DNA of 64,000 bases from Janthinobacterium lividum (GCA_050954545.1 JBPBQB010000288.1:1291-65290); one strand, 5' to 3'; counted from the first letter of the stretch, positions 26,797-36,752 are shown. A program made the numbers and translations. The notes: generated from the letters alone by a model not told the origin.

Positions 26797-26810
26797 CATT
26801 CATCTGAAAA

Positions 26811-26845
26811 AGCCCCAGTCTCAAAAGAGATTGGGGCTTTTTTCT
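26811..26845 (+). terminator. rho-independent terminator after lon
   Basis: AGCCCCAGTCTC-AAAA-GAGATTGGGGCT followed by TTTTTC. Confidence 0.75.
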
Positions 26846-26912
26846 TGAAGAGACTGAAATCTGGGTAAAGTTTTCTGCGAATGACACTCAAAGAAGATAA
26901 GGAGCAGATGTT

Positions 26913-27332
26913 ATGGGACGGGAAGTGACTTTGGACGCGGCGATGGCTGTGATTGCCGCCGCGCAGCAAAAGGCGAAGGAGATTGGGGTTCCGATGAATG
27001 TTGCGGTCGTGGATGCCGGCGCGAACCTGACAGCGTTTGCCCGGATGGACGGGGCCTGGTTGGGAAGCATCGAAATCTCGCGGAACAAAGCGTACACCGC
27101 GCGGGCATTCGATCTGCCGACGGGCGACTGGGCGAAGCTGACGCAGCCGGGCGCTCCGGCCTACGGCATCGCGGAAAGTTCGGACCACAGGATCGCGATT
27201 TTCCCAGGTGGCATTCCGCTGAAATCAGATGGCAAAGTTGTCGGCGGGGTTGGTGCAAGCGGTGGTCTGCCCGATCAAGACCAAGCAGTGGCTGAAGCTG
27301 GCGCACAGGCGTTTCTGAGCTATACCAGTTAA
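26913..27332 (+). CDS. GlcG/HbpS-like (DUF336) heme-binding protein
   Basis: FPGGIPLKSDGKVVGGVGASGGLPDQDQAVAEAG matches the DUF336 core. Confidence 0.75.
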   Translation: MGREVTLDAAMAVIAAAQQKAKEIGVPMNVAVVDAGANLTAFARMDGAWLGSIEISRNKAYTARAFDLPTGDWAKLTQPGAPAYGIAESSDHRIAIFPGGIPLKSDGKVVGGVGASGGLPDQDQAVAEAGAQAFLSYTS

Positions 27333-28138
27333 TCCCTATGCGGGAGAACCTTGCGAAGAAATGTCAGCAGGACAGTGTTGAATTGTTCTGGTCTCTGAAG
27401 CGGCGCGAAATGGCTGACGTTGGGGAGGATCGTCAGCTCTGCGCCAGGAATGCTTTGGGCAAGGTACTCGGCGTGTTCGAGATTGATAAATTCATCGAGC
27501 TTGCTTTGCACGATCTCGACAGGGATGCTGACTTGCGCTAAATCGGCAGCCGAGTAGTTGGGCTGTGTCTGCATCATCAGGCCGACGGCATCGGAAAACG
27601 CTTCGAACTGGTCTGGCGTCGCTGATAAAAGGGCATAATCTCTGGTGTGACGGCTGAAACACCGGCGAATAGTAGGAGTGAACTCGAACTCTTTTGTACC
27701 GCTGGGGTCCATATTGCAGGCAAAGAAAAACACGCCTGCGATACGTCCCGGAGCGTTCGCTCCGAGGATCAAGGCGATACAAGCACCGTCACTCCAGCCA
27801 GCAAGAGTGGCCTTTTTTAAGTGCAGGAAATCCATGACCGCGAGGACGTCCGATGCCATCAGCTCATAGGAAAACGGACGCTCGTCGCGCGTGCTGCGTC
27901 CGTGGCCCCGGCTGTCGATAAGCACGACTCGGTAGCCTGCTTTGACAAGCGCTGGGACCTGATAGCCCCAATTGCCGCTGTGACCGAGGCCGCCGTGGAG
28001 CAGGACAACAGGCGGGCCCGCCCCGTAAGAAGCATACCAGATCTGTGCGCCATCGTGCCCCAGACGGCCTTCTACCGCTGCTGCGGGCAAAGGCGCGGCA
28101 CCGTTGGCCTCAAACTTTTCAAGATTGTCATCGTGCAT
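27329..28138 (-). CDS. alpha/beta hydrolase
   Basis: VVLLHGGLGHSGNW and nucleophile elbow GWSDG. Confidence 0.8.
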   Translation of the reverse strand: MHDDNLEKFEANGAAPLPAAAVEGRLGHDGAQIWYASYGAGPPVVLLHGGLGHSGNWGYQVPALVKAGYRVVLIDSRGHGRSTRDERPFSYELMASDVLAVMDFLHLKKATLAGWSDGACIALILGANAPGRIAGVFFFACNMDPSGTKEFEFTPTIRRCFSRHTRDYALLSATPDQFEAFSDAVGLMMQTQPNYSAADLAQVSIPVEIVQSKLDEFINLEHAEYLAQSIPGAELTILPNVSHFAPLQRPEQFNTVLLTFLRKVLPHRD

Positions 28139-28206
28139 TTTTGCCTCTTCAGCTTCCTTGCTCGTTTCTATCCTCTATCTGCCAGCCGGACGGGTACACT
28201 CAAGCC

Positions 28207-28884
28207 ATGCTGTCTTCATTTCTCACGCCTCTGATTCTACGACGCTTGGCGCTTTTGGCGCTGCTGCTAGCTGACGTTTTGTATGCTGCGTTTGCTGCGC
28301 CTAAAGGCGATCCGCCAGGAAATCTGTTTGTTCAATTGGCACTAGGGCAAGGCCCTGCGCGGAACCCGGCGATCTGGGGCGTCTTTCAGCTTCTCGGCGT
28401 TATTCCACTCATGTATTGGGCGCTGCTGTTCCCGGATGGACGCGGACAGAAAGTCTGGGCCGGGCCATTTGCGCTGGGAATGATGGCACTCGGGTCGTTC
28501 TCGCTGCTGCCCTATCTGATCCTGCGACGGCCTTACCCGGTTCCGGTATCGGGCGCACGGAATCTGGCTGTGCGCTGGTTTGCGGGTCGTCCGTTTGCGG
28601 TCTTAGTCGGGCTGGCGTTAGTCGCACTGCTATTCACGATCATGGTCTGGGGGAATCTGGCCGAGTACGTGGTCTGGTTCCGGCGCAGCAATTTTGTCCA
28701 CGTAATGACGATCGACTTACTGGTGCTGACTTTGCTCTTCCCTACCCTCCTGCGTGATGATATGGAGCGGCGGGGCGTTTCTGAAGAAAGCACTCTTGGG
28801 CGAATTGCCTTGGCAGTTCCGTTGCTTGGGCCTGCCTGGTACCTTGTGCGCCGTCCCGACGAGCGGGGCTCCGCTAACCACTAA
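28207..28884 (+). CDS. hypothetical polytopic membrane protein
   Basis: ATG 28207 begins MLSSFLTPLILRRLALLALLLADVLYA. Several hydrophobic helices. Confidence 0.55.
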   Translation: MLSSFLTPLILRRLALLALLLADVLYAAFAAPKGDPPGNLFVQLALGQGPARNPAIWGVFQLLGVIPLMYWALLFPDGRGQKVWAGPFALGMMALGSFSLLPYLILRRPYPVPVSGARNLAVRWFAGRPFAVLVGLALVALLFTIMVWGNLAEYVVWFRRSNFVHVMTIDLLVLTLLFPTLLRDDMERRGVSEESTLGRIALAVPLLGPAWYLVRRPDERGSANH

Positions 28885-30973
28885 TGTCCAGCGTATCTAA
28901 AGTGTTGCGGAGGGCCGTGCGGGCGGCATCGGCGGCATTGCGCTGCTGGAGAGCGTCGGCGCGGAGATTAGTAATCTGCGTTTCCTGATGTTCCAGTTCA
29001 CCGACATAACGCTTGTAGAGAGGCGAAGCGTGGTCTAACGCAGCCATGTTCTTGCGGATGCGGTCCTGCTCGGCGGCAAACTGGGTGACCTGGATCTCGT
29101 CGCTGCCGGCCTGCTCCAAAAGGTTCTGGATGTGACGCCGCTGACGGGCGACGTCTTCCAGCGCAGTGCGGGTCGCGGCAGGAATGTCTTTGGCCTCGGC
29201 ATAGTAAGCGAACGAGTTGATGTCGCCGTCGAGCAGGGCAATCGTAGATGAAATCGGCTTCTCAGTGACGACATCCAGTGAAGCCGTTTTGCCGGCGCTG
29301 ACTGGAACGGCGAAACGGTACAAGTCTGAGGTTCGCTCGGCGGCTGCCGGTGGCGTGACTAACTTGGCATCTGCGTCGAAAGGATGCTCGACAAGCACAG
29401 TCTTGTCGGTCGGCGACTTGCTCTTGAAATTGTACTTGGTTTCGGTCCGAGTGTGGACGGTGATTGTCAGGACACCGCTGTGGATCGCAAGCGTCGTTCG
29501 TATCTGGTTCGTACCGAGCTGCTGCCGCTCACCGACAATCGAGAGGTCGACGGCGTAGGAGATCAGGCGCGTGTCGCCGGGCGGCACATCTTCCATCGTG
29601 GCATCACCGGCGTAGGTGCCGCCGTCGAAGAGCGTCACCGGCCCGCCTTTGAGGTGCAGCGCCGTGTTGTTCTTCAGCCGCACGGCGTTCAGAGGGTAGC
29701 GTGGGTCGCTGTCGGCATTGTAGAGCGAGACTTTGTCGGCACTTATGTTTTGAGCGATCACCGGAATCATCGCCGCCTGCTGTCGGGGCAGTGTCACGGG
29801 CGTCGTGATATTGTACGCAAACTGCTCCCCGGCATCCGTTCCATTCGCCTGTGCTGTTACGGAGTTCACCGCATCGAAGTACGTGCTCCCGGAATTCGTT
29901 GCGCGAGATGCATCAGCTTCTCCGATAATATTCGCCTCCCCTCTGGCTTTGAAGCGATGCTGCTCATTCACTATTGCGCCCGAAACGCCTTGATCTATAG
30001 GCAGCGCGGGGGCTGCTGCAGGCGGTGCAGGTGCCATTGCTGAGACGGGGGCATCGGCCTGCATATTGTCATCATGGGTTTGGGGCGTCGGTGACGCAAC
30101 AATGTCCGGCTGGACAACAGGGCGCGGCAGATAAAGAGGCTGGTACAAGTCTTCGATGAACGAAATGGGACGGCCTGAGACGAGCGACAGATGGATATTC
30201 GACCAGTCATCATCGCTGGTATTTTCTACCAACGCCCAGCCCTGAATATACGACGTTTTTGGCATGTCCAGCAGCAGCCTGTACGAGATCTTCCAGAGCG
30301 GCGACTCCGTGATGTACCCAACACTCACCTCCCGCTTGCCAGAGCCTGTAAAGTGCAGGGTTACCGACCGCCGCTGATTGTCTGCGCCGGAGGCCAGCGT
30401 GGTCAGCGCCGCCCGGAACTCCTGGTCCAGACGCGCATCCAGCAGCTTGATCCCGAGGACATCATCCAGCCGAACCGAGCGCAGGCCATCGGCCCCAAGC
30501 AAGTTCAGTGTATCGACGGTAGTAGTCGTGTTGTTTGGTCCCGTAACCGATTTTGACTCGACACTGATGATCTGACCGGTCTCTGTCGTTTTGGTGACTG
30601 TGGTAACCGAAACAGACGAGCCGCGCAACTGGTTCAAAAGCTCGGCTCGGCTCTGCGGCGTGGTAACATCAATCGCGAACGACTGCAAAGTCCGGCCAAT
30701 CGGGTCACGTGCCCCGTAGATGACCGGCTGCACCTGGCCCTGCGAGTCGGTCAGTGTCAGCGATTTGAGCAGATCGTTGATCTGCGCCGTGCGGAAAGTC
30801 AGCGGCACGGTCGCATCGCCATTGACTGAGCCGTCCCGCTCGATATACGAAACGCCGGAAGTAAAGACAGTGACCTGACGGATCGGCAGTGGGCTGGGAG
30901 GCGATGTCTGGGAAAAGGCGGGGGCAGCGAACAGCAGCAGAGCAAGTGAAAGTGGGTGTTTTGTAACGAGCAT
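28874..30973 (-). CDS. large exported protein with C-terminal coiled coil (tentatively DUF4139-like)
   Basis: Signal LSLALLLFAAPAFSQT. QVTVFTSGVSYIERDGSV...LTFRTAQINDLLKSLTL. 699 aa. Confidence 0.5.
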   Translation of the reverse strand: MLVTKHPLSLALLLFAAPAFSQTSPPSPLPIRQVTVFTSGVSYIERDGSVNGDATVPLTFRTAQINDLLKSLTLTDSQGQVQPVIYGARDPIGRTLQSFAIDVTTPQSRAELLNQLRGSSVSVTTVTKTTETGQIISVESKSVTGPNNTTTTVDTLNLLGADGLRSVRLDDVLGIKLLDARLDQEFRAALTTLASGADNQRRSVTLHFTGSGKREVSVGYITESPLWKISYRLLLDMPKTSYIQGWALVENTSDDDWSNIHLSLVSGRPISFIEDLYQPLYLPRPVVQPDIVASPTPQTHDDNMQADAPVSAMAPAPPAAAPALPIDQGVSGAIVNEQHRFKARGEANIIGEADASRATNSGSTYFDAVNSVTAQANGTDAGEQFAYNITTPVTLPRQQAAMIPVIAQNISADKVSLYNADSDPRYPLNAVRLKNNTALHLKGGPVTLFDGGTYAGDATMEDVPPGDTRLISYAVDLSIVGERQQLGTNQIRTTLAIHSGVLTITVHTRTETKYNFKSKSPTDKTVLVEHPFDADAKLVTPPAAAERTSDLYRFAVPVSAGKTASLDVVTEKPISSTIALLDGDINSFAYYAEAKDIPAATRTALEDVARQRRHIQNLLEQAGSDEIQVTQFAAEQDRIRKNMAALDHASPLYKRYVGELEHQETQITNLRADALQQRNAADAARTALRNTLDTLDISG

Positions 30974-30977
30974 AGAG

Positions 30978-31064
30978 GCCCCCTAGCCCCCAATAATGGG
31001 GGAACTGGAAAAGATCACGCGGAATCGTCCCTTCCTGCTCCCCCATTATTGGGGGCTGGGGGGC
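30978..31064. repeat. 27-bp inverted repeat (30978-31004 / 31038-31064, 2 mismatches) between two co-oriented genes
   Basis: GCCCCCTAGCCCCCAATAATGGGGGAA versus the reverse complement of CTCCCCCATTATTGGGGGCTGGGGGGC. Confidence 0.9.
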
Positions 31065-31069
31065 GATTA

Positions 31070-31870
31070 TTACACTTCGCGGCGGTCGAAGATCAGCGCG
31101 GCAATGGTCAGCAGAATCGCGGAGTAGACAATCGCATAGAGAATATTCGACGTGATGAAGAAGGTCTCGTTCGTGATTGTCAAGTTAGGCGAGAGAATCT
31201 GATTCTGGACATTGTACTTAGTGAAGTCCGGGATCACGGCGTGGATGACCTTGAAGATCAGCACGACAATCGCGTTCTTAGGATGCGCCGGGTCCGCACT
31301 CGGGTCGGCCAAGGCTTCGGTGACGGACGAAGACAGCCCGAGCAGGAAGATCGCGAGTGTCAGGAAGAAGTTGACAAACGGCGAGACAAACACGGAAAAG
31401 AACATCGCAATGGCGCAGACCAGAAGGATCTGGAACAGCAGCAGCAGGACACCTTTGCAGGCATTAACCGCTTCATGGTCGAATCCTCGCTCTTTGATCA
31501 AAAACAGCACCAGGAAAACAGCCGACATGACCAGCACACTTGCAAGCACTGTGACCAGGCCACCTAAGAACTTGCCGACCAGAAACTGATACCGATGCAC
31601 GGGCTTGGAGAGGATCGTGTAGATTGTCCGCCGCTCGATCTCAGTCGGCAGCAGGTTGATACCGAGAATGACGCTGATAAAGACGCCGACCAGGCCGATG
31701 ACGCCCAGCCCAAGTGTCTCGACCACCAATGTATCATGTCCCGGCTGGAAGGAAGAGTTTGCTGCCCCGAGAATGAGGACGACGGCGGCAACCGCCAGAA
31801 AAATCAGCAGTGTCCGTCGTCGGATCGCCTCACCGAAGGTGCCGCCTGCAATAAGCCAGATAGTATTCAT
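31070..31870 (-). CDS. ABC-2-type transporter permease
   Basis: 266 aa, 6 predicted TM helices, N-terminus MNTIWLIAGGTFGEAIRRRTLLIFL typical of ABC-2 permeases. No ATPase gene adjacent. Confidence 0.6.
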   Translation of the reverse strand: MNTIWLIAGGTFGEAIRRRTLLIFLAVAAVVLILGAANSSFQPGHDTLVVETLGLGVIGLVGVFISVILGINLLPTEIERRTIYTILSKPVHRYQFLVGKFLGGLVTVLASVLVMSAVFLVLFLIKERGFDHEAVNACKGVLLLLFQILLVCAIAMFFSVFVSPFVNFFLTLAIFLLGLSSSVTEALADPSADPAHPKNAIVVLIFKVIHAVIPDFTKYNVQNQILSPNLTITNETFFITSNILYAIVYSAILLTIAALIFDRREV

Positions 31871-32071
31871 AAAAGCGTTCAGTGACCCCTTTTGGATGAC
31901 GCATCGGTGCGTCAGATCAATTCTATCTCATCATACCAGAGTAGCAGGGATTCTGCAAGATGCTTGAACTGCATCTTGACGTCGGGAACCTAGAACAGTG
32001 CCTGAGAGTTTTCTCACTAGCAGGACAAATTGCAGCCGCTGTCCGCATTATGTGCTTCTGATGTCCCTTTT

Positions 32072-32851
32072 ATGAATTATTTGTTGTTACGTTCTACCAT
32101 TGCCATGCTGATCGCATTTCTAGGCGGTGGAATTGGAGTCATGCTGGGCAATGTCCCGGCGCAGCGGCTCAGGGTGCTGGTCTACGCCGCGATGGGGACA
32201 CTTCTGGCGGTGACCTTGTTTGATGTCCTGCCGGACGCAAAAGAGCTGCTCAACTGGCCGGAGTTTCTGCTGGCAGGCCTCAGCGGGTTTGCGCTTTTCT
32301 GGGTGATAGGCAAATATGTGTACCATCTTTGCCCAGCCTGCTCGATTGGTGCGTTTGACCAGGCTACGACTGAGCGTCTGGGTCAGACTGTCCTGCTGCT
32401 GATGATTGCCCTCGGCCTGCACAGCGCCATGGACGGAATCGCGGTCGTTGTAGGGGACCGGATCGCGGGCCGTCCCAATTTCGCCTTGCTGTTCGCGGTC
32501 TCATTCCACAAGCTGCCCGAGGGTTTAGCACTGGCACTGCTTTTGCTTGGAGCAGGCTACACACGCCCGAAAGCATTCTGGTGGACAGTCGCTATTGAGT
32601 CGCTGACCGAAATGGGCGCACTGCTCGGTATTTTTGGCTTGCAGCACGCGTCGCTGCTGAATCTGGGTCTGCTGTTCGCAAATGTCGGCGGCGGTTTTAT
32701 CTATTTGATTGCAAGTACGCTGGGTGTATTTACTCGTCCGCACGCCGTAGGGCGCACACAAATCAGCGCAACAAAGTTTGCGCTGAGTGGCGGCTTGGCT
32801 TTTACTCTCACGGCGGGCTTGATTTGGACACTGCATCGCTGGCTGCCCTGA
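32072..32851 (+). CDS. ZIP-family metal cation transporter
   Basis: HKLPEGLALALLL and HSAMDGIAV motifs. Polytopic. Confidence 0.8.
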   Translation: MNYLLLRSTIAMLIAFLGGGIGVMLGNVPAQRLRVLVYAAMGTLLAVTLFDVLPDAKELLNWPEFLLAGLSGFALFWVIGKYVYHLCPACSIGAFDQATTERLGQTVLLLMIALGLHSAMDGIAVVVGDRIAGRPNFALLFAVSFHKLPEGLALALLLLGAGYTRPKAFWWTVAIESLTEMGALLGIFGLQHASLLNLGLLFANVGGGFIYLIASTLGVFTRPHAVGRTQISATKFALSGGLAFTLTAGLIWTLHRWLP

Positions 32852-32893
32852 AAAATAAAGACGCAGATATATTTGATTTATTTTAATTCTTCC

Positions 32894-32922
32894 TTGACAA
32901 ACGCATTCACTTTCGCTAGAAT
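32894..32922 (+). promoter_or_regulatory. sigma-70-like promoter TTGACA-17-TAGAAT, 6 nt before ATG 32929
   Basis: TTGACA 32894-32899, TAGAAT 32917-32922, ATG 32929, no SD. Confidence 0.5.
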
Positions 32923-32928
32923 GCATAT

Positions 32929-33600
32929 ATGGACTTTGAACCCGCAACACCGCAAAGCGAAACAATTGCGTCTGTGCGCCCTGACGTTGAAATCGTGTGG
33001 GATCAGCAGCCGGAGCAGCTCACGACGCGCGAAGTGGCGTCACTTTTCGGCAAATCGGCTGCCAACATCCGTGCCCGTGCCTCACGAGGGGATTTTGGCA
33101 ATACCGTAACCGGCGATGATGGCCTGCCGCGTTATGATCGAAGCCGAGTCCGTGCCCTCTACGAGCGCGTCACCCAGCGGGAAGCGCAATCAAGGGCCGT
33201 AACAAACCTGCACAGTGTTGCGGGGCCGTCTTACTCGACAAGCCTTTCTCCTGTTGTCACAACTGCAATTGCAGAGATCCAAGCGCAGCATCGTGAACAA
33301 GTTGCGCTCTGGTCTGCGCGGTTTGAGGATTCCCAGCAAGCGGCGCAACGCGCACATGAAGAAACGCAATCGTTGCGGGAACTGCTGAGAGAACGTGAAG
33401 AAACGACCCGCGCAACATTGTCGCACATGGATATGCTGTATGCGGAAAGTTTGACTCAGCTACGCCAGACACTCAGTCAGGAGCAGGCGCACAAGGCTGA
33501 ACTTATTGCGGCGAAAGACTCGGAGATTTCGCGGCTTAGATCAGTGGAGAGCAGTCAGCAAAACCGCGGTTCTTTCTGGCATCGACTGTTCGGAGGCTGA
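32929..33600 (+). CDS. hypothetical protein, N-terminal HTH-like segment plus coiled coil
   Basis: LTTREVASLFGKSAANIRARASRG (MerR/excisionase-like HTH guess). Gln/Glu/Arg-rich helical C-half. Confidence 0.5.
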   Translation: MDFEPATPQSETIASVRPDVEIVWDQQPEQLTTREVASLFGKSAANIRARASRGDFGNTVTGDDGLPRYDRSRVRALYERVTQREAQSRAVTNLHSVAGPSYSTSLSPVVTTAIAEIQAQHREQVALWSARFEDSQQAAQRAHEETQSLRELLREREETTRATLSHMDMLYAESLTQLRQTLSQEQAHKAELIAAKDSEISRLRSVESSQQNRGSFWHRLFGG

Positions 33601-33628
33601 CTCTTCGAATAGAGCTTTGGAGTATTTA

Positions 33629-33901
33629 TTGAAAACAGTTGCGAAGTATAAAGTCAGCGTCTCATTTCAGGGAACGGCTGTCTTAGAGATCGAAGCGGAC
33701 TCGCCGGAAGCTGCTCGTGTTGCTGCTACCGAAATGACCATTGACGATCTTGCCCGCAAAAGTCATTCCGACATCTATACACTGAAAGTCGCAGCGAAAG
33801 AGATTATCCTGGCCTCATCACTCGGCGGGCAGGACGATGACGGCTCCGACGAGAACAAGCCTCGTCAAGCACGTCCTTCCGGCTGGTACCGGCCCCTCTA
33901 G
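33629..33901 (+). CDS. hypothetical small protein
   Basis: TTG 33629 preceded by GGAG 33619-33622. Frame continuous to stop at 33901. Confidence 0.35.
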   Translation: MKTVAKYKVSVSFQGTAVLEIEADSPEAARVAATEMTIDDLARKSHSDIYTLKVAAKEIILASSLGGQDDDGSDENKPRQARPSGWYRPL

Positions 33902-34588
33902 TTAAGGTTTGCTTAGAGTTGGTGATTTTGGCGCGAACACGTCGATGCTCCAGCTCAGCACTGCATAGCCCCAGAGCTTATATCCGGCAGCATTCGAGAC
34001 ATACAAAGAGGGGTTAAACTGCAATTGCGGAGTGACATTGTAAGTGAAGCCTGCCGTTGCTGAGTTTGCTGAACCGCTCTGGTAGTCGATCTGCAACAGT
34101 ACACGCGGGTTGATCCGGTAGCCATAGCCAAAAATTGCTTGGTACTGATGCTTGTTCTGCATAAAGCCCGCGACATCGGGTGCCTGAGCCACGACACGGG
34201 CCGTCCCCAGCATGATCTCGGTATTCCCCTGATAAAATCCACCCTCCAAGTACGGCTGAGGCGCAGAGCCTTTGGTCGTCCAGTTAAAGAAGCCTGTCGA
34301 GAGCAGGTACGGGCCATCGGCTAGAATGCTGTACTCAGCGTTGGCGACTTGCTCCGGCGGCGAAGCACCCTGAAAGATCGCGACTTCAAAACGTGGCGTC
34401 AGTCCCAGTTCGATCTGTGCCTCATACCGGTTGGCGATGTTCGGGTCCTGCTGCTGAAGACTGAACGAAAGTGTGCCGACCGGTTGAACATCCGGTGTGA
34501 CAATCTGGTTTAGGCCTTTGGTCGTCGCCAGTGCAGGCAGAGCGCTGAACACCAACAAAGCCGAAAGGCTGACTGCGAAACGGCCCAT
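33902..34588 (-). CDS. exported beta-barrel-like protein (possible outer-membrane protein)
   Basis: Signal LSALLVFSALPALATT. Alternating hydrophobic beta-strand pattern with aromatic-rich C-terminal strands. Confidence 0.5.
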   Translation of the reverse strand: MGRFAVSLSALLVFSALPALATTKGLNQIVTPDVQPVGTLSFSLQQQDPNIANRYEAQIELGLTPRFEVAIFQGASPPEQVANAEYSILADGPYLLSTGFFNWTTKGSAPQPYLEGGFYQGNTEIMLGTARVVAQAPDVAGFMQNKHQYQAIFGYGYRINPRVLLQIDYQSGSANSATAGFTYNVTPQLQFNPSLYVSNAAGYKLWGYAVLSWSIDVFAPKSPTLSKP

Positions 34589-34669
34589 GAAAAGTCTCCT
34601 CCGGCGGTAAGCCGCTCAATTATGACACGGATACGCCAAAGGCACAAGCATTTGTATCTAATTTTGTGA

Positions 34670-35425
34670 TTAAAACCGCCAGTTCAAATCGTCAATCGGA
34701 ATGCGCCGATGGGTCCAGTTGAGCTGCTTCTCGGTCAATCGGCAGTCCACAAACCACCAGGGGTAAGCCAGCGGGTCATGGATACGGAATGTTTCACGGT
34801 AGCTCTGGATCGCCGGGAAAGCCGCACAGAAGCCGCATCGATGCAGTGTCAGAAACAATGCCAGCAGACGAATACGCAGCTTAACGGCACTGGTGTTTTC
34901 CAGCGGGATCGCGAGTGACTGGGAAAGTGCAAATACTTCCCGTTGAGCCAGATGCAGGCTGACCGTGTCGATGCCTTTCAGGATACCGATCTTGTCCGGG
35001 GTGCCTGTCTCATTCAGGTGTGCAGTCAGGGTCAGGACATAGCGCTCGATGCTGTTCGACCAGCCGTCCTCAACCCGCCGGGCGATGGTGACTACTTCTT
35101 CAAGCTGTGGGGCACGGCCTAAATAGTCGCGCAGATGCGTTTCCGCCCAATCCCAGCGCCGTATCGCCTTCATAGGAAGCCGCCCCATGTCTTCCGTCGG
35201 GCAGAGACGACAGATGCCGCCGCGCGTCCCTAGCAGGCGGCTGTAGGCGAACTCAATGCCGGATGCGCTTGCACGGGGATCCAGTAAACCTTCTACAAGA
35301 CGTGCATAGCCTTCAATCAAAAAATCCAGCGCATCGTGCGATATTTCCGGCGGCGGAGCTTGAGTCCGCAGCCGCCGGGCCATGTCTGCACAAGGGCGGC
35401 GATCAGCTTCTGTGAGTGGTGCCAT
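34670..35425 (-). CDS. hypothetical protein
   Basis: 251-aa ORF with coding-like composition. No motif recognised. Confidence 0.45.
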   Translation of the reverse strand: MAPLTEADRRPCADMARRLRTQAPPPEISHDALDFLIEGYARLVEGLLDPRASASGIEFAYSRLLGTRGGICRLCPTEDMGRLPMKAIRRWDWAETHLRDYLGRAPQLEEVVTIARRVEDGWSNSIERYVLTLTAHLNETGTPDKIGILKGIDTVSLHLAQREVFALSQSLAIPLENTSAVKLRIRLLALFLTLHRCGFCAAFPAIQSYRETFRIHDPLAYPWWFVDCRLTEKQLNWTHRRIPIDDLNWRF

Positions 35426-35527
35426 TAAACGTGGTGTTCTCCCACGCTTATTGTCGGCAGAATACTTACCTTGTGCTTACAGTAGATATAATGGGAGTTA
35501 AAAAGATATTGGAGGAATTGAAAAGAG

Positions 35528-35557
35528 TTGACGCCGCCAAGCAGCCTGTGATAGAAT
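35528..35557 (+). promoter_or_regulatory. sigma-70-like promoter TTGACG-18-TAGAAT for aqpZ
   Basis: TTGACG 35528-35533, TAGAAT 35552-35557. AAGGAG 35615-35620 before ATG 35629. Confidence 0.45.
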
Positions 35558-35628
35558 AAGCCGGGTTTGCTCATTATAAGGCTCCCTAGCACTCATTGCT
35601 GCTGTGCTCACCAAAAGGAGTCGCGATC

Positions 35629-36399
35629 ATGTCTACCGTCCCTCTCGCCAAACGTGTTTTTGCGGAACTGCTTGGCACTGCCTGGCTTGTCTTCGGCGGC
35701 TGCGGAAGCGCTGTCCTCGCCGCGCATTTCCTGGCCTCCGACAACTCTAATATCAACATGGGTATCGGCTTTGTCGGGGTCGCCCTGGCATTTGGGCTGA
35801 CAGTCTTAACTATGGCCTACGCTATCGGCCATATCTCCGGCTGCCACCTGAACCCGGCCGTTTCGGTCGGCCTATGGGCCGGCAAGCGCTTCCCGGCTTC
35901 GGACCTGCTTCCCTACATTATTGCTCAGGTGGTCGGCGGAGTTGTCGGCGCAGGTGTCCTGTACGCTATTGCCAGCGGTCAGACCGGCTTTGACGCGCAC
36001 ACAAGTGGATTCGCCTCCAACGGTTACGGCAACCATTCGCCTGGACACTATTCGCTCGTTTCCTGCCTCGTCGCCGAGGTCGTGCTGACGTTCTTCTTCC
36101 TGATGATTATCTTAGGCTCGACTGACGGACGCGCTCCAAAAGGCTTTGCGCCAATCGCGATCGGACTAGGCCTGACCCTGGTCCATCTCATCGGCATTCC
36201 AGTCACGAACCTGTCTGTCAACCCCGCTCGCAGCACCGGCCCTGCCCTGTTCGCAGGCGGCTGGGCAATTGCACAACTCTGGCTGTTCTGGCTCGCTCCG
36301 ATGGTCGGCGGCCTTCTTGCAGGCTTTACCTACCGCTGGCTGGAAGTCGACACGACAGCTTCTCCCTCAGACCCCGTTGTCGGTGAAATGACCCGCTGA
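35629..36399 (+). CDS. aqpZ: aquaporin Z
   Basis: [15 protein letters not shown] plus two NPA boxes (HLNPAVS, SVNPARS). Confidence 0.9.
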   Translation: MSTVPLAKRVFAELLGTAWLVFGGCGSAVLAAHFLASDNSNINMGIGFVGVALAFGLTVLTMAYAIGHISGCHLNPAVSVGLWAGKRFPASDLLPYIIAQVVGGVVGAGVLYAIASGQTGFDAHTSGFASNGYGNHSPGHYSLVSCLVAEVVLTFFFLMIILGSTDGRAPKGFAPIAIGLGLTLVHLIGIPVTNLSVNPARSTGPALFAGGWAIAQLWLFWLAPMVGGLLAGFTYRWLEVDTTASPSDPVVGEMTR

Positions 36400-36467
36400 T
36401 CTGCTGCGACGCTCTCGGCTTCTCAGTCGAGAGCGTCGCTTCGTTTTGAGGACTGTTCTCAAACATC

Positions 36468-36746
36468 TCACTCTTTTTCCGGCTTGTCCTGTTTTTTGCC
36501 GAAGGCATACCCCGTACTGCCGATGATGGCCGCTGTCAGCACAGTTGAGGCATATAGCCTTTGCTCATCATTTATGTTCGGCTTGAAGGCAAGTATATAA
36601 ACGCTTACGCCCAAGTACACGAAAAGGAAAATCCCAGCGAAGCCGAGTTTTATCAGCATCACCAAGCGCTTGTGGTTCGCGTTCGCGCTATCTTTAGTTT
36701 CGAGTATTTCAAGCATTGAATTCACCTCAAACCTACTATTGTGCAT
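36468..36746 (-). CDS. hypothetical small membrane protein
   Basis: Two hydrophobic helices (LGFAGIFLFVYLGVSVYILAF, STVLTAAIIGSTGYAFG). Confidence 0.45.
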   Translation of the reverse strand: MHNSRFEVNSMLEILETKDSANANHKRLVMLIKLGFAGIFLFVYLGVSVYILAFKPNINDEQRLYASTVLTAAIIGSTGYAFGKKQDKPEKE

Positions 36747-36752
36747 AGTTAC

